A DNA stretch of 64,000 nt from positions 47,182,001 to 47,246,000 of the forward strand of contig OZ286476.1 in the NCBI GenBank assembly GCA_965644265.1, written 5' to 3'. The first letter of the stretch is position 1; every line of letters starts with the position of its first letter. This document shows positions 51,723 to 64,000 of this stretch, piece by piece. The position numbers were made by a program, and so were the translations under genes. The notes under the pieces were generated by a model. That model ran no database searches, was not told where the DNA came from, and was given only the letters and a program-made list of their open reading frames with translations. This stretch comes from Glycera tridactyla. Its lineage: Eukaryota.

Positions 51723-51900
51723 CAGTCGAACCTCTCTATAAAGACTGCTTTCGGTCGCATAAAAAAAGTGGCCTCTATAGGGAGGTGGTCTTTATAGAGA
51801 GGTCTTTCACTGTTGAAAATACTACTACGGTTGCAACTCAGGTGGTCTTTATAGAGAGGTGGGCTTTATAGAGAGGTGGTCTTTAGAGCAGGTTCGACTG
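51723..51900. mobile_element. MITE, pogo/Tigger-like, family B
   Basis: TA-flanked CAGTCGAACCTCTCTATAAAGAC...GTCTTTAGAGCAGGTTCGACTG. Internal repeats of GGTGGTCTTTATAGAGAG. 178 bp. Confidence 0.9.
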
Positions 51901-54027
51901 TACTTGTATGCCTTTGTTCTTGTGTAACACTATGACAGTTCTGTCTCATGTGAACATTGATGCACTTATGTTTCATGAAACCATTTGGCAGAGAAAGGAT
52001 AATGGCATCTCATGGCTTCCACCAAAACATTAAGCTTTTCAATGCATGATGAATTTTAGTCGTCAGTTAAACATTTGCGAGCAGGGTTACAGACGGAGTC
52101 ATATATCTCTGCTCCAAACGTAATGTCCCGGCTTCAGCTGTTCTGGGCAAAATATTGAAACTGTCACAGACAAATGATTTATTTCTGCCTTAATTATCAG
52201 CTGCCCGTTTACCTTGCGGGTGCTTCCTCCTGGTGAGTAATCACCGCACTATGCTCAGCTGATCCCCTATTATCGCCCAACTACCCACTTCCTGTTGGGC
52301 CGGTTTTAGCAGTCTTATATTATGCACTTGTTAGTTTGTTCTCTCTGAGCCATTGCTCATTCTCTGGTTTTTGTTTTATTCCGACATGTTGATATAGAGT
52401 AGAACCTATCTGAACGCATCCATATGAGCCAATATTCAGCAGAGTTTATCATGATTTTTATCCTGTCATTTCAGTTTGTGTAGTACATAACCTACATCTC
52501 ACAAATCACTGGTAAATCAAGTGCAAAAGAAAGATGGCTTACTGTATAAAAACGCTGAGTTTCTGGAAGAATTTTCATCACCGATGTATTGTGAATATCC
52601 AGTTGTATTCTGAGACACTAGTATCTCCATTCATGAAAATGAAAGTATCTCAATCTCAATTGCAAAAATGGTTTTGCAGCTGTCTCTTTTGTAGGCAGCT
52701 TGCTTTTGTGAAGAGATTGCCTTCTAAGCTGACGATATTGAAACCGATGTATCTCTTCTCATTACATTAAATGTATGACTTTCCAATCAAATTTGACCTC
52801 AGCAAAAGTTCCCCCATAGCAGACTCATCGTAAACAAGATTTCCCTGAACAAATATTTTCTTAAGGTAGAGATTTTACTAAACAGGAGCTTATCCTAAAG
52901 GGGCCTTATGTCTATAACAAGAGCAGAAAAAGTAGTAGGGAATCCACTTGTCTGGAAATTAAAAATACATTTTAAAACAGTGTGTTGCATGCAGGGCATG
53001 ACTTCCAGCAACAATGGGTGATCCTGTATATCCTCCTAGAAATCACGAAAAAGTCTACTCAACATGGCTGTATTCAAGTCTAGTGAATATTAGCAAAATA
53101 CTACAGGCATAGTAGACTACACAATATATGAAACAATATTGTCATTGGATTTTGAGATCTACTGTGTTCCTCTGAAATTCTGTCTACTGAAGTTGCCTGA
53201 AAAATTGAATTTGGAGAGGTGAATTGTATGCTATGCATCTGGTCATGACGTGTAGCTGGTGGTTGACTGGTACCCACTTTGTGCACAACAGAGGCAGGCG
53301 TGGGGATGTGAAATTAAGTGCACACTATGTGCAGGATAATTCTCCGTATGTGTCTGTGAGGATGAGTGATGATGCAATCTTAGACGGGCCCACGGGGCGC
53401 GTTCAATAAGTGTTCAATTTACGCAAGACAAATTGACGTGATGGACGGTGGGACGTATAGCATACCCCCGCCTTCGTTTCTCCCACACTCCTCCCCTAAA
53501 TCTCCGACCTGGATGAGTCTGGCTACTTCAATTAATTCAGCTCAAATTTAATGAGAGAAATTTATTGACCGTACTATTTTTGTTGTGGGCACTGGTTCTT
53601 AACACCTATAATCCCGAATTCATGGCGAAATTGGTTCATTCCACATTTGTATGCTTCACAACTTCTCAAACAAAGTATTCAAAAAGTGTAAGTGTAACAT
53701 GATTCACTTACACGAATGCCATGATGTGCTGGAAAGGCTTACCTTGTGTGACTGATCATATCACTCGTAAAATAAAGATTATTTTACTTTACTTTACTCT
53801 ACATGTTATGCTACTTAGGATTGAAGTTCTTTCATGTAATTGTTATCATGGCTATCATTGAAATTTTAGAGAATTATTATTCTTTGGAAGTTTGTGATAC
53901 TGTTTCAACTTGAATTCTAGCTGCAAAACATAGTTTGTATACGTGATTCTCGAGTTTATACATAAGAAAACTTATTATACAGAAAAAAGAGGATAACACC
54001 TTGTCACAATCCATCAAACTTCATTTA

Positions 54028-54945
54028 TAGACAATAGACAATAGACAATAGACATTTCTTTATTTATCCAGGTGACAAACAGCATGATGCACAATAACAA
54101 GAGAACAATACATGATGCTAGTGACTCAGACCTGGGTCTGCTAATTCTGCTGTGACCTGGAGCGATATACTCATACAATAAGTCGTATTCGCTTCTTGAT
54201 CATGGTGAACTACCTCAGATAAATACGAGATAAGATAGCATAGGCAGTTTCCTTGAATAGGTTCCAGATTTGACTGATTTTTTATTCTTCCTAGAATATA
54301 CTGTATTAAAACTTAGTCTGTCGCCTCTAGGTGACCAGTCAATACACCGACAATTGTGAATGGTTTTCACGAGGAGTTGATTCACTCATTATGCAAGAAA
54401 ATGACCGGGGAAAATCAGACATTCTCGAGAGAAACTCTATTCCTCATCCGCTGTTGCAAAATTCATCTGGTTATATAATTGGATTTGAGAATGATACGAT
54501 AGACAGAGATACGAGATCTGTTGGCGGGGAATACATCGGATTTTATTGACTGTTCTAATCTAGTAAACTAGTGTTTTCTTTCAGTAAAAACTTGAGACTT
54601 TTCTTGAAGATATTTAGACTTTTAGAGTTTCTAATGTCAGTCGAGAGATTATTCCAATTTCTGGCTCCAAAGTTAGATAGACATTTCTTGCCATAATTGG
54701 TCCTTGTTCGAGTTATTTTTAGATCACCTCTCACTCTCGATCTCGTATCTCTATCCTGATTATCCTGAATTGAAGTGAACATGTGACTCAGGACATGATT
54801 CCCATTTCCCTCCATGACTACCTTATACATCAAACAACTGGTATGGTAGGATCTACGAGTCTCCAATCTTACAATTTCTAGTTCAGAATGCATAGCATCT
54901 GTTGAATGCCTTTTACCATATCTCAAGATCAATCTTGAATAGTTT
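54028..54945 (-). mobile_element. 3' fragment of a CR1/L2-group LINE (ORF2 C-terminus + 3'UTR + (TGTCTAT)n tail)
   Basis: Minus ORF 54555-54932 (RRSYHTSCLMYK...DTRS..GDL...RTRTNYGKKCLSNFGARNWNNLSTDIR) resembles the C-terminus of the 32-35 kb LINE. The 3' end reads CCTGGATAAATAAAG followed by a 7-bp repeat tail (TAGACAA about x4 on + at 54028-54054). 5' boundary approximate. Confidence 0.85.
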
Positions 54946-55779
54946 GTGCCAGTGTGGTCTTTTGCCTAATTAGGAATAGAGTTAAAATGTGAACCTTCAT
55001 CTTGAATCGTTGGCATGGGGTAATTGGAATTGATTCAACAACTTGTGAGAAACATCACTAACGAGAAGATCATGGCAGCAATTGGCAGTCAATAGAATAA
55101 CTTGCAGTGGTCAGGTCAAGGTCTTACAAAGGTCAAGGTCATATGGAGGTCATCATAAATCGTTATCAAGTAGGAGCGCCGGGTCTTTCATCCGTCGAAT
55201 GCGGGGCTCAAGAATGATCACCAAGCGTGTAGATGCCCGCCTTCGCTTAGCAACATCAAAACGCGGATTGCGCAGATCAAACATTGACTAATTAGTTTCA
55301 GCTGTGCGAGTTAGTGTTTTATCATGAACCTCTCCTGTAGATTTGTGCACAAATACCGAGTCAATCTCACAAATTATTCATGCGCATTTACTCTTTGATC
55401 TTGCTTATATTTAGCCTCTCTCTCCTTAACTCATGGCACTTAGCAATTCCCGCCCCTGGAATGAGGCAAAAAATTCATGGTAAGAAACTGAGAATATATT
55501 TGTCAGAATAATTTCTTATTCATCCCAACGAACATTCCAGTGACCCATTTTCTCTTTGATTTCAACTACATTTAACTTCTCTCCCTACAGCACATTTGGT
55601 TTAACAATTCCAGGTCCTGGAATGAGAAGAAGAATTATAACGAACAGCAAGAAATTTGATTAAAATAATCAGTCATTCATTTCTAAGAATATTCCAGTTC
55701 AGGTTTAGAGATGTGCTCAAGGGGCTCAAATTTAAACGACTGAAGTGCATTTGTCTCTCTGTTTATCCAGGACATATAC

Positions 55780-56831
55780 ATGTATATGCATCCATTGGGT
55801 CAAAAGAGTCATATTCTTTGCAACTGATCCAGAACAAAGCTTGCAGGACTATTCTTCTAGAAAACAGATGGGCGGGCACAGATGTCATGCACCAGAGATT
55901 GGATTTACTCCGGCTAGATGAGAGAAGGGAAATGCATCTGATACTACAGGTCCAAAGTTGTCTCAAGGGGGTATCCCCACCGTATCTATCTGATTTGCTT
56001 GACCAAACCAGAGATATTCACATGCATGAAACCAGGGGTGCAACTGATTCGTTACTGGTCCTTCCAAGAACTAGAACAAATCTTGGTCAAAAGGCGTTTT
56101 CTTCTCAAGGCCCAAAAGCCTGGATCAAAATTCCTCCTGAAATCAGGCAGAAGCTATATCTGACTAAATCTACTTTCAAAGGACAAATCATAGAATGGAT
56201 CAAAGAGAGGACATGAATATCGCTGGTTGAAGATCCTTTTTCAGCCCTCACGGTCCCTGGATCTTGACCTAAACAATGCTACTCAAAGCTGCTTTCATAA
56301 GTTTTTGACCTCAGACAAACAAACACAAAAAGTAAGGAACTTGCACCCCTGGAGTAAGTATTGTGCTGCAAATTCATCGACTGTACATGTATGTACTCAT
56401 ATCCAACAGAACATATATTGCATAACTCTGACAGAGCCATAGTTGATCACTTTTTGAATAGCAGATATCCGGCTGGGCAAGTAACATCCTCCTTATATGA
56501 AACACATTTGACTAACAAATCTCTAAATCATTCAGAAACCATACCATAGTAGAATGGTTCTAACCCACTGACTCCTATCTAATAAACTAGTTCTTCCTGA
56601 CATCAGATAGAGGAGGATGGCCCTGCCCACCCGGATTGCCGCTCCCTACCATCTCAAATTTTATTGTCTATGCAGTGTTGATTCACCATAATATACACGT
56701 TACAATGCATAATCATTATTGATATTACCCACTACGGTTGTACTTTACTATCTGTATATAATGTACCGTTGTACACCCGTTGTGTTGAAAAATAAAAGTT
56801 ACTCAATCTCAATCTCAATCTCAATCTCAAT
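55780..56831 (+). mobile_element. 3' fragment of a CR1/L2-group LINE (ORF2 C-terminus + 3'UTR + (CTCAAT)5 tail)
   Basis: Translation LQLIQNKACRTILL...LDERREMHL...PPYLSDLL...HETRGA...LPRTRTNLGQKAFSSQGPKAWIKIP to the stop at 56216. AATAAA at 56791-56796 and (CTCAAT)5 at 56802-56831. 5' boundary approximate. Confidence 0.85.
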
Positions 56832-58937
56832 CCATCTGGCCATCCATCTACCATTGCAAGCATACTCGTTTCTCCAGTCGATAGTACTTTTCATAAAAAA
56901 CAATAAGCAAAAATAGAGAAAAACCACAGAAGATACTAAAAGATGAGCTTGTGATACACCAGTAATGTATCTTGAGAAAGGGGTGAATAGAGAAATAGCA
57001 TTTTAGTCACATGTTGCAAATTTGAGTGGATTTGGATGAATGTATGGTGTGGGAAATGTAGCTACAACATGTTTCTGATGCATCACTGAGGTTTAATTTT
57101 AATTAATCAGCTTGCGATACGTGTGTAAAAATATTCTCATTGCGAATCTAATCGCCGTCATGCTTCTGTGAGCGCTCAGTATGATTACACCAGTTCAGAA
57201 TAATGCGGCGTAATTTCCACCGTGATGAAATGTGGGGGAAGCGGGTACATGAATGTTATTATATTTTTCATGAAGCTGACACTGGTCCATTCACTCCAGA
57301 CATTTCAATTTTATTCTATCCAAAACATGATGAAGTGAAAAGCAAAAAAGGCTGCTTGGCCCAAAGCTTCAGATTGTTGGTTGGTCGAGTATATTCAAAC
57401 ATCAGGGTATATGGGGAAGCAAGGTTTGAATTTCCTGAAATTATCATCACCATCAAAAGCAATTCTCAGAAATCTTGTCAGTGAATATCATTTCATGCCT
57501 GTGCAGTTGGTGAGAGGATTACAAAAAGACAAGCTTATCTTGCAAAATTAAATTGATTATGTGCCAGAATTAGGTGGCTGTTCTGTCACCCATTGACAAT
57601 TCCTGTATATTTTATTGGTATTTCAGACAAGGGAAGTAGTAGCAGATACAGAGATAACTGCAGAAAATTCCAATAATAGAAATATCATATTCTATTAGAT
57701 TGCAGCTTCAGCGATGTCATTGTTGAAGGGAAAGCTTGTAAGAGGGACGTTGGTGTACATAGCCCGCTCCTGAAAGCAATCACAACTTTTGTAAACAGTG
57801 GACGGGCGCATGGTCCCGCCAACAAAGCGCCATCTGTTGGTCACATAATGTAACCATCGAACGAGACTGTTGTTGGTGCTTTCAAGCCAACATTGCTTCA
57901 TTACTGTACCACTCTTCACTAGTTTGTTTAGCACATATGTGACCTTGTATGGCTTTGAAAAGCTGTCCATATGAATCAATGCTAATCTTGCATATTCCAA
58001 TAAGTTTGAGTTTTCACAATACAATTATCGGTGAGATTCGGAGGTAAAAGTATGTTGTGATTCACAGAAATTGGCATTGGATCTCATGAGATGCAAAATT
58101 CTTGCCACAAAAGTACCATCATCATTAAGATATATATGGCAATGTTCAAATGAGCAAAGATGGAATGTATCCAGTTTTCATGAGATAGAGAAAAATCTTG
58201 TTAATTAGAAAATTCATGCTCACAAGAAGAGAACCGCTGATTAGAGGTCAATTTCAGTCTAGTTTCTTGAAGGAGAAAATGGAGATTTTTTCCCCCTAGA
58301 TGTTCACTATTCTCTAATCATACTTTGTCTATCAGATCAAGAGAGTGCAAGTAATGAGAACTGGGTGACAAAAATTGAGAATTTGTGCTAATGGAAGTTG
58401 GTGACAGTTTTTATGGAGATAGATTCATGCATAACTTTGTTGCATGTATATTTTTGCGTAGAATGTACTCATTATTGTTTTGTCTTTTGTTCTGTTCTAT
58501 TTTATGCAGATGGTAAGAAAAGTTACACTTCATTGTATCTAATCCACATACTGGCCAACTACTAACCAACCACTGTCAGATTCTTCCTTCCTCTGGCATT
58601 CATAAATATAAACTAGACAGCAGAGATAACATGAATTCCTGTCATGTTTTTTATATTGGTTTTTCTGAAGAGGTCTTTTAGAGGATGGATTTTGCCTAGT
58701 ATTGCTTTATAATGTATTTTCAAGAAGTGAGAGAATGTGGTCAATTCCGTCTGATGCTGATGCGAATGCAAGGCGGAGAGAGCTTATGCGTTACTGACAG
58801 TGACAGATGAGCTGTCTTGAGCCGAAGCTGTAGCAGCATCTTTATGGCGGGTTTAGTTTAGCATACAGAGCTGGAGCTTCAATTTGTTCTGTCCTCAAAG
58901 AAAATGGATCCACACCCAGGAATCCACACCCACTCCG

Positions 58938-59425
58938 GAGGTCCACCGCCACCCCTAGAGATCTACTGCCACCCCTAGAGATTCACTGCCACCCCTAAAG
59001 ATCTACTGTCACCCTGAGAGATTCACTGCCACCCTCTGAGATCCACTGCCATCCTGAGAGATCCACTGTCACCCCAGAAATCCACTGCCTCCCCTAGAGA
59101 TCCACTGCCTCCCCTAGAGATCCACTGCCATCCCTAGAGATCCACTGTCACCACATAAATCCACTGCCACCCCTACAGATCCACTGCCTCCCCTAGAGAT
59201 CCACTGCCACCCCTAGAGATCCACTGCCTCCCCATGAGATCCACTGTCACCCTAGAGATCTACTGCCACCCCTAGTGATCCACTGCCACCTCTAGAGATC
59301 CACTGCCACCCCTAGAGATCCACTGCCACCCTTAGAGATCTACAATCACCCCTAAAGATCCACTGCCACCCCTACAGATCTTCTGCCACCCGACAGATCC
59401 ACTGCCACCCCTACAGATCTGCTGC
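58938..59425. repeat. Minisatellite, 20-bp unit GAGATCCACTGCCACCCCTA, about 24 copies
   Basis: Direct reading of lines 58921-59421. Degenerate units flank both sides. Confidence 0.95.
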
Positions 59426-60543
59426 TATACCAGAAATACACACCCTGCACCAGTCTGCACCCAGTCTGAAGATTCCAACCATCCCTGAAATATCTAACCT
59501 CACTCCTGAAAGCCTCACCCATCCTTGAGATCTACTTCCAGCCTGAAGATCCACACTCAATGCAAATATCCACGCCTGATCTTATGATCCATACACAGAC
59601 CATCAACAGAGACATGTCGCACTTCCCCATGCAAGGGTGAATTGGTGAGAGGCTCATTCGATGAGTCACTGCACAGGTCCTCCTTCGTGACCCTATGAAC
59701 CATCCCATATTTAGATTTCTGGAGCCAATCGGTCAACCCTTACACATCCATCTATAAAAATGTATAGTTCCATTCTTTATCTGTATCTGCCTCCCAATTG
59801 GATGGCCTTGTGTACAACTTAAAACTCACTCCATGATCGGCAATGATTAAGTGGTGCTTGATAACCTTTGAACCTAATCTACTGTCCTCTTGACCTGAAC
59901 AAGATTGTAGCTCAGCTATCTAGATAACTTTTATCTGACCAGAATGCAACTCTACCTGCAGAAATGCTGAGCTATCTCACTTTTAAGAAAGCAGCTGTAA
60001 TTGCATTTTGCAGTTCAATAAATTTGTACTTCCACTTCACAAAGTAGGTGGTATCATGTGGTTGAAGTGGTGCTTTGATGCCTAGTCAAACTTGTTCTGA
60101 GCATGATGCCACAAAATCTGATGGGACTGCATGTTTAGAGCAAGTTCTCTCCTAATGTAAGATGGTTACTTTGAAAACCACTTTACTGGCATGTCCTCGA
60201 AGTTGAATCGTAGCGGTTCATCGCTTTCGACAAGTTTGACAGTGATTGCCAAGGGTTGGACTGATGCTCATCAGCTGCCGAGTGTCAAGGGATGTAACAC
60301 AGCTCATCTGCTTCTCTCTGCTCGCCTGGGGCAGCACAGCACTTGCAGTTTTCTAATTACCAAGTGAAGGTATATCAATTATGTAAATGTAGATCAGTGA
60401 AACCTGTTTATGGAACCCACCAACGTAAGGGTATCACTGGAGTTTATGCTGCTTTTTCTTTACCGGAACAACAGCGGTTTACCAAAATTGAAAGACCATT
60501 TCCCTCTGAAGACCGCATGAATTTATCATATTACCTTCCAATT

Positions 60544-60697
60544 GACAACCTTCAGGTGCCCCATCACCTTGTGTTCAGGGTTTGTGAGAGTGATATCTGC
60601 AGGGGAGAGAACATCTAGCTTTCATTGACCAGGAGCACAAGGCATACATAATCCCTGCGTTGATACATGCCATTAAATATCAAACAATCAGTCAATC
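60544..60697 (+). mobile_element. SINE-like repeat, 3' part
   Basis: CCCCATCACCTTGTGTTCAGGGTTTGTGAGAG...GAGAACATCTAG...GGCATACATAATCCCTGCGTTGATACATGCCATTAAATATCAAACAA is colinear with 13190-13333. Confidence 0.7.
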
Positions 60698-61416
60698 TTT
60701 GTATTCCTGGTGCAGTTTGAAAGGTGATATATATGTATAGTCACATTGTGGGCCATTCATTCAACTGTGTGTTTTATACTCATCTGAAATATCTGCTTTG
60801 CTTGAGCTGGTTTCTATATAATAATCCATTTATATGATGCATATCTTGTCATATTTTTATCGAGGATTACATCTATTATGCAGAAGATGCAACAGAGATG
60901 CATTTTGGGCTTTGGATCTGATTTGATGTGCAATGGTGTGATGCTAAACACATAGACTCACAAATGATTGGTATTAGACATGACTGTCTGTACTTCTCTC
61001 CTGAACACGTAGACTTACAATGGATTGCTGTTGGACATATTGATTTACAGTTGTGTGGTAGTGATCATAGCATTCTGCCAATGTTTGATACTGGATGATT
61101 CCTGGCCATTTATGACCATAGCAGCCGAACAAACCAGTGCCCTTTGATTTTATCCATGAATATTTAGCAGTGGAGTATCATGATCTGAGGTGTATTGCAC
61201 TTGTGGGGGGTGGTTCAACGATGATCGCACTGGATGAATCAAGTTGTAAAAAAGGTATATATAGCCATGAGATGACATCGTTTACTGCACATAAAAATGT
61301 ACAACGGCACATGGAAACTGCCTGCATGTACCCTTAAGATCCATCCATCTTCCCAACTCCCTAGTTGGGAAATCACAGCACAGTGATGCAGGTTTTCAGG
61401 AATTCTGCGACATTTA

Positions 61417-61540
61417 AGAATTAGTGGAGGTAGGGCATAGAATTTATATTTACTCACAGTAGCCACTAGTTGATAGTTTTGGGGTTTCTTGGTCCCAAAA
61501 ATCTTGTGAAAGTGTCTCTTGTCATGTTTCCGGGGTTTTT
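61417..61540 (+). repeat. Unclassified dispersed repeat (copy 3 of 3)
   Basis: GAATTAGTGGAGGTAGGGCA...AGTAGCCACTAGTT...TTGGGGTTTCTTGGTCC matches copy 1. Confidence 0.6.
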
Positions 61541-61696
61541 GTTGTTAGCGAATCATGTCTCTGGAAATGGCAAAAGCACTGCTTACGCAACTCTGTGCAA
61601 TCTGTACCTGACACAGTTTGGACGCAGAAGTGGGTCCCAGACGTTCTCGATGTAGTGATGGTCAGTTAACTGGTGCTGAACTCATTGATCGGTAAT

Positions 61697-62208
61697 CTAA
61701 GCCATATTGTCTATTATACAACAGGAAAGCACCTTCAATATTTTGAGATAACCCACAACTTTGAGTATTGGGTCACTGTTCTTCCATGACAACTAAAGCA
61801 TATTGTCTATTATACAACATGAAGGCACTTTCAATATTTTGAGATAACCCACAACTTTGAGTATTGGGTCACTGTTCTTCCATGACAACTAAGGCATATT
61901 GTCTATTATACAACATGAAAGCACCTTCAATATTTTGAGATAACCCACAACTTTGAGTATTGGGTCACTGTTCTTCCATGACAACTAAGCCATATTGTCT
62001 ATTATACAACAGGAAAGCACCTTCAATATTTTGAGATAACCCACAACTTTGAGTATTGGGTCACTGTTCTTCCATGACAACTAAGGCATATTGTCTATTA
62101 TACAACATGAAAGCACCTTCAATGTTTTGAGATAACCCACAACTTTGAGTATTGGGTCACTGTTCTTCCATGCCAACTAAGGCATATTGTCTATTATACA
62201 ACATGAAA
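61697..62208. repeat. Tandem array, 96-bp unit, about 5.3 near-identical copies
   Basis: CATATTGTCT recurs at 61703, 61799, 61895, 61991, 62087 and 62183. Stop codons in the frames examined; no ORF-track ORF spans the array. Confidence 0.97.
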
Positions 62209-64000
62209 TTGATCCAGTATCACCAACAGTTCCATCCTAATAGTTACACTTGTCTGTATTTTCAGCATGTCTTTGATCAGGTTATGCTCCAGACTGAAGA
62301 CGTAAGAAAACAACAAATAATCAGAAAAGTAGGAAAATAACATTAAAGGGCGTAAGGGATATCAATCAGCAGCAACAAACTAACCCCAGTAAATACTATC
62401 TTCTCATAAAAATATTGTCTTTGTAGAGGAGTTTTCTTACTGTAGACAATACTACCATGTTCATGAAGAATGCGGCTAAAAGGGAAATGGCTGCTGTAGC
62501 CAAATTTGCTATTAGGGAATATTATTCTAGCGCCAATTTGGAGAGACCAAGATCATCTAATAGAAGCATGGTTGTTGAAGTTTGACACTGGATGATGCCA
62601 CAGAAGCCAATCATTACAATTTTGGAGTAATGATTACTCTTTTTGGGACAAGATTTTGTCATTTTAAACATAACATTACAAGAAATTCTGGGTTCTCTTA
62701 TAAATTGATCATTGCAAGTATAGCATCCTGGATGATGGGTGATGTGCAGGGGAAACAGGCAAGGGAGTATACAAGGGCAGTGCAACTTGCAACAAAGGTA
62801 AATATGGGTGGGAGAAAACTGTACTGGCTTGTTAATCAGGGCAATGTTATGACTGCATATATCAGCAGCCCCTTCTTCATCTATAAATGGAAGCAAAGTA
62901 ATGGCCCATCACAGTAAGGGCCAGAGTTCTCCGTAGGCCACTCTGCTCCAAAAAGACAATATAGTTAGCCCAAATAATGAATCAAACATATGAACTTCAT
63001 TATAAGAATACAGGTTGGGATATTTGGGTAAGGCTATTACTGATATCAGCATTTTACTTATATTTTCATCTTATTTAGGATGGTTATGATTTCAAGTTTG
63101 GAATGAACATGGCTTTTCCCACCATTGTATTGGTTGTATGGATTGTAGGCGGTTTATGCGGCATGGAATATACAATGCTTCATTACTATGGCAGTCAGGA
63201 TTATCCATGTACACGCCCACATTTGGACATATATCAGCATGCTTGACATTCATTACTGGTAGATCTTCCATTACATGCTATGAGGAATCATATGAAGTCA
63301 ATACTCAGTAGCCCGTGCATTTGTCCATATTCTCTCGATATTCTGGGCGTCTGAACTTGGCTGAAATATGGAGAATGCATGGCTATCCCATAGCTATTCA
63401 TACTGAACTGGCTTATGTGATGTTGTGATGAATATCACATGGGTTATCAAAAACAGAATTGTCATGTGAATGTCTTCATGATAGACTAGATGGGTACTCT
63501 GTAGACTGCTCAATAGAAAACTGAAGCAAATGCAAGAGTCTCATGTCAAAGTATTAATTTTTCTCAAATTTCTTTGTGGGATAAAAGTAAGAACATACAT
63601 TTCATGGATGGTATTTGATCATAGCAATAGCCTGTAGATTGCACTTCAGTCCCTGCATCATGAGATCTGTTGGGTAATAGGAATTGTGATCATTCAAATT
63701 AGACCAGATGATTGTGTGATCTTGCTATAAAATGCCCCACTGGCCTTATTGAATAATTATTCCAGCAAACCCATTACCTGATTGGACGGAGTAAGTGGCT
63801 CAAATTGTGAGAAGCATCAATTGCACGGATAATAATATACACCAGCTTTTGTGTCGCTGGCAGCGGGCCCGCCCTCATAATAACCAATCATGTTTAAGCA
63901 TTATATTATGTGCGGAGCTGTCTTGCAAGGCTGGTAGTAATTCTGCTGAGTCATAGTTTATGATGCCGGTGACATTATTGTGGGCCACCCCTAGCAAGGA

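Noticed and set aside
61697-62208. CRISPR-like appearance of the 96-bp and 20-bp arrays
   Set aside because: The units are contiguous with no unique spacers, there are no cas genes, and the context is eukaryotic.

Overview
Eukaryotic (animal, probably invertebrate; inferred from the repeat content) genomic scaffold, AT-rich, with 8 assembly gaps. It is almost entirely non-coding and reads like a large intron or gene desert. The only securely identifiable protein-coding sequence is retrotransposon-derived. There is a 5'-truncated CR1/L2-group LINE at 32396-35156 (partial AP endonuclease, RT with YADD, one deletion-frameshift, (TACT)6 tail, 15-bp target-site duplication), plus two shorter 3' LINE fragments at about 54.0-54.9 kb (-) and 55.8-56.8 kb (+). 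The rest holds many TA-flanked pogo/Tigger-like MITEs of at least three subfamilies, a SINE-like repeat with (CAAA)/(CAAC) tails, another dispersed repeat, several minisatellites (20, 25/50, 85, 96 bp units) and microsatellites. Between the repeats lie short CpG-rich unique patches, several carrying near-perfect RFX X-box motifs, which suggests a cis-regulatory landscape. A few GT-AG-bounded minus-strand candidate exons (best pair at 37.4-38.4 kb) could belong to a host gene that I cannot identify. No rRNA, tRNA, CRISPR array or recognisable host gene was found.
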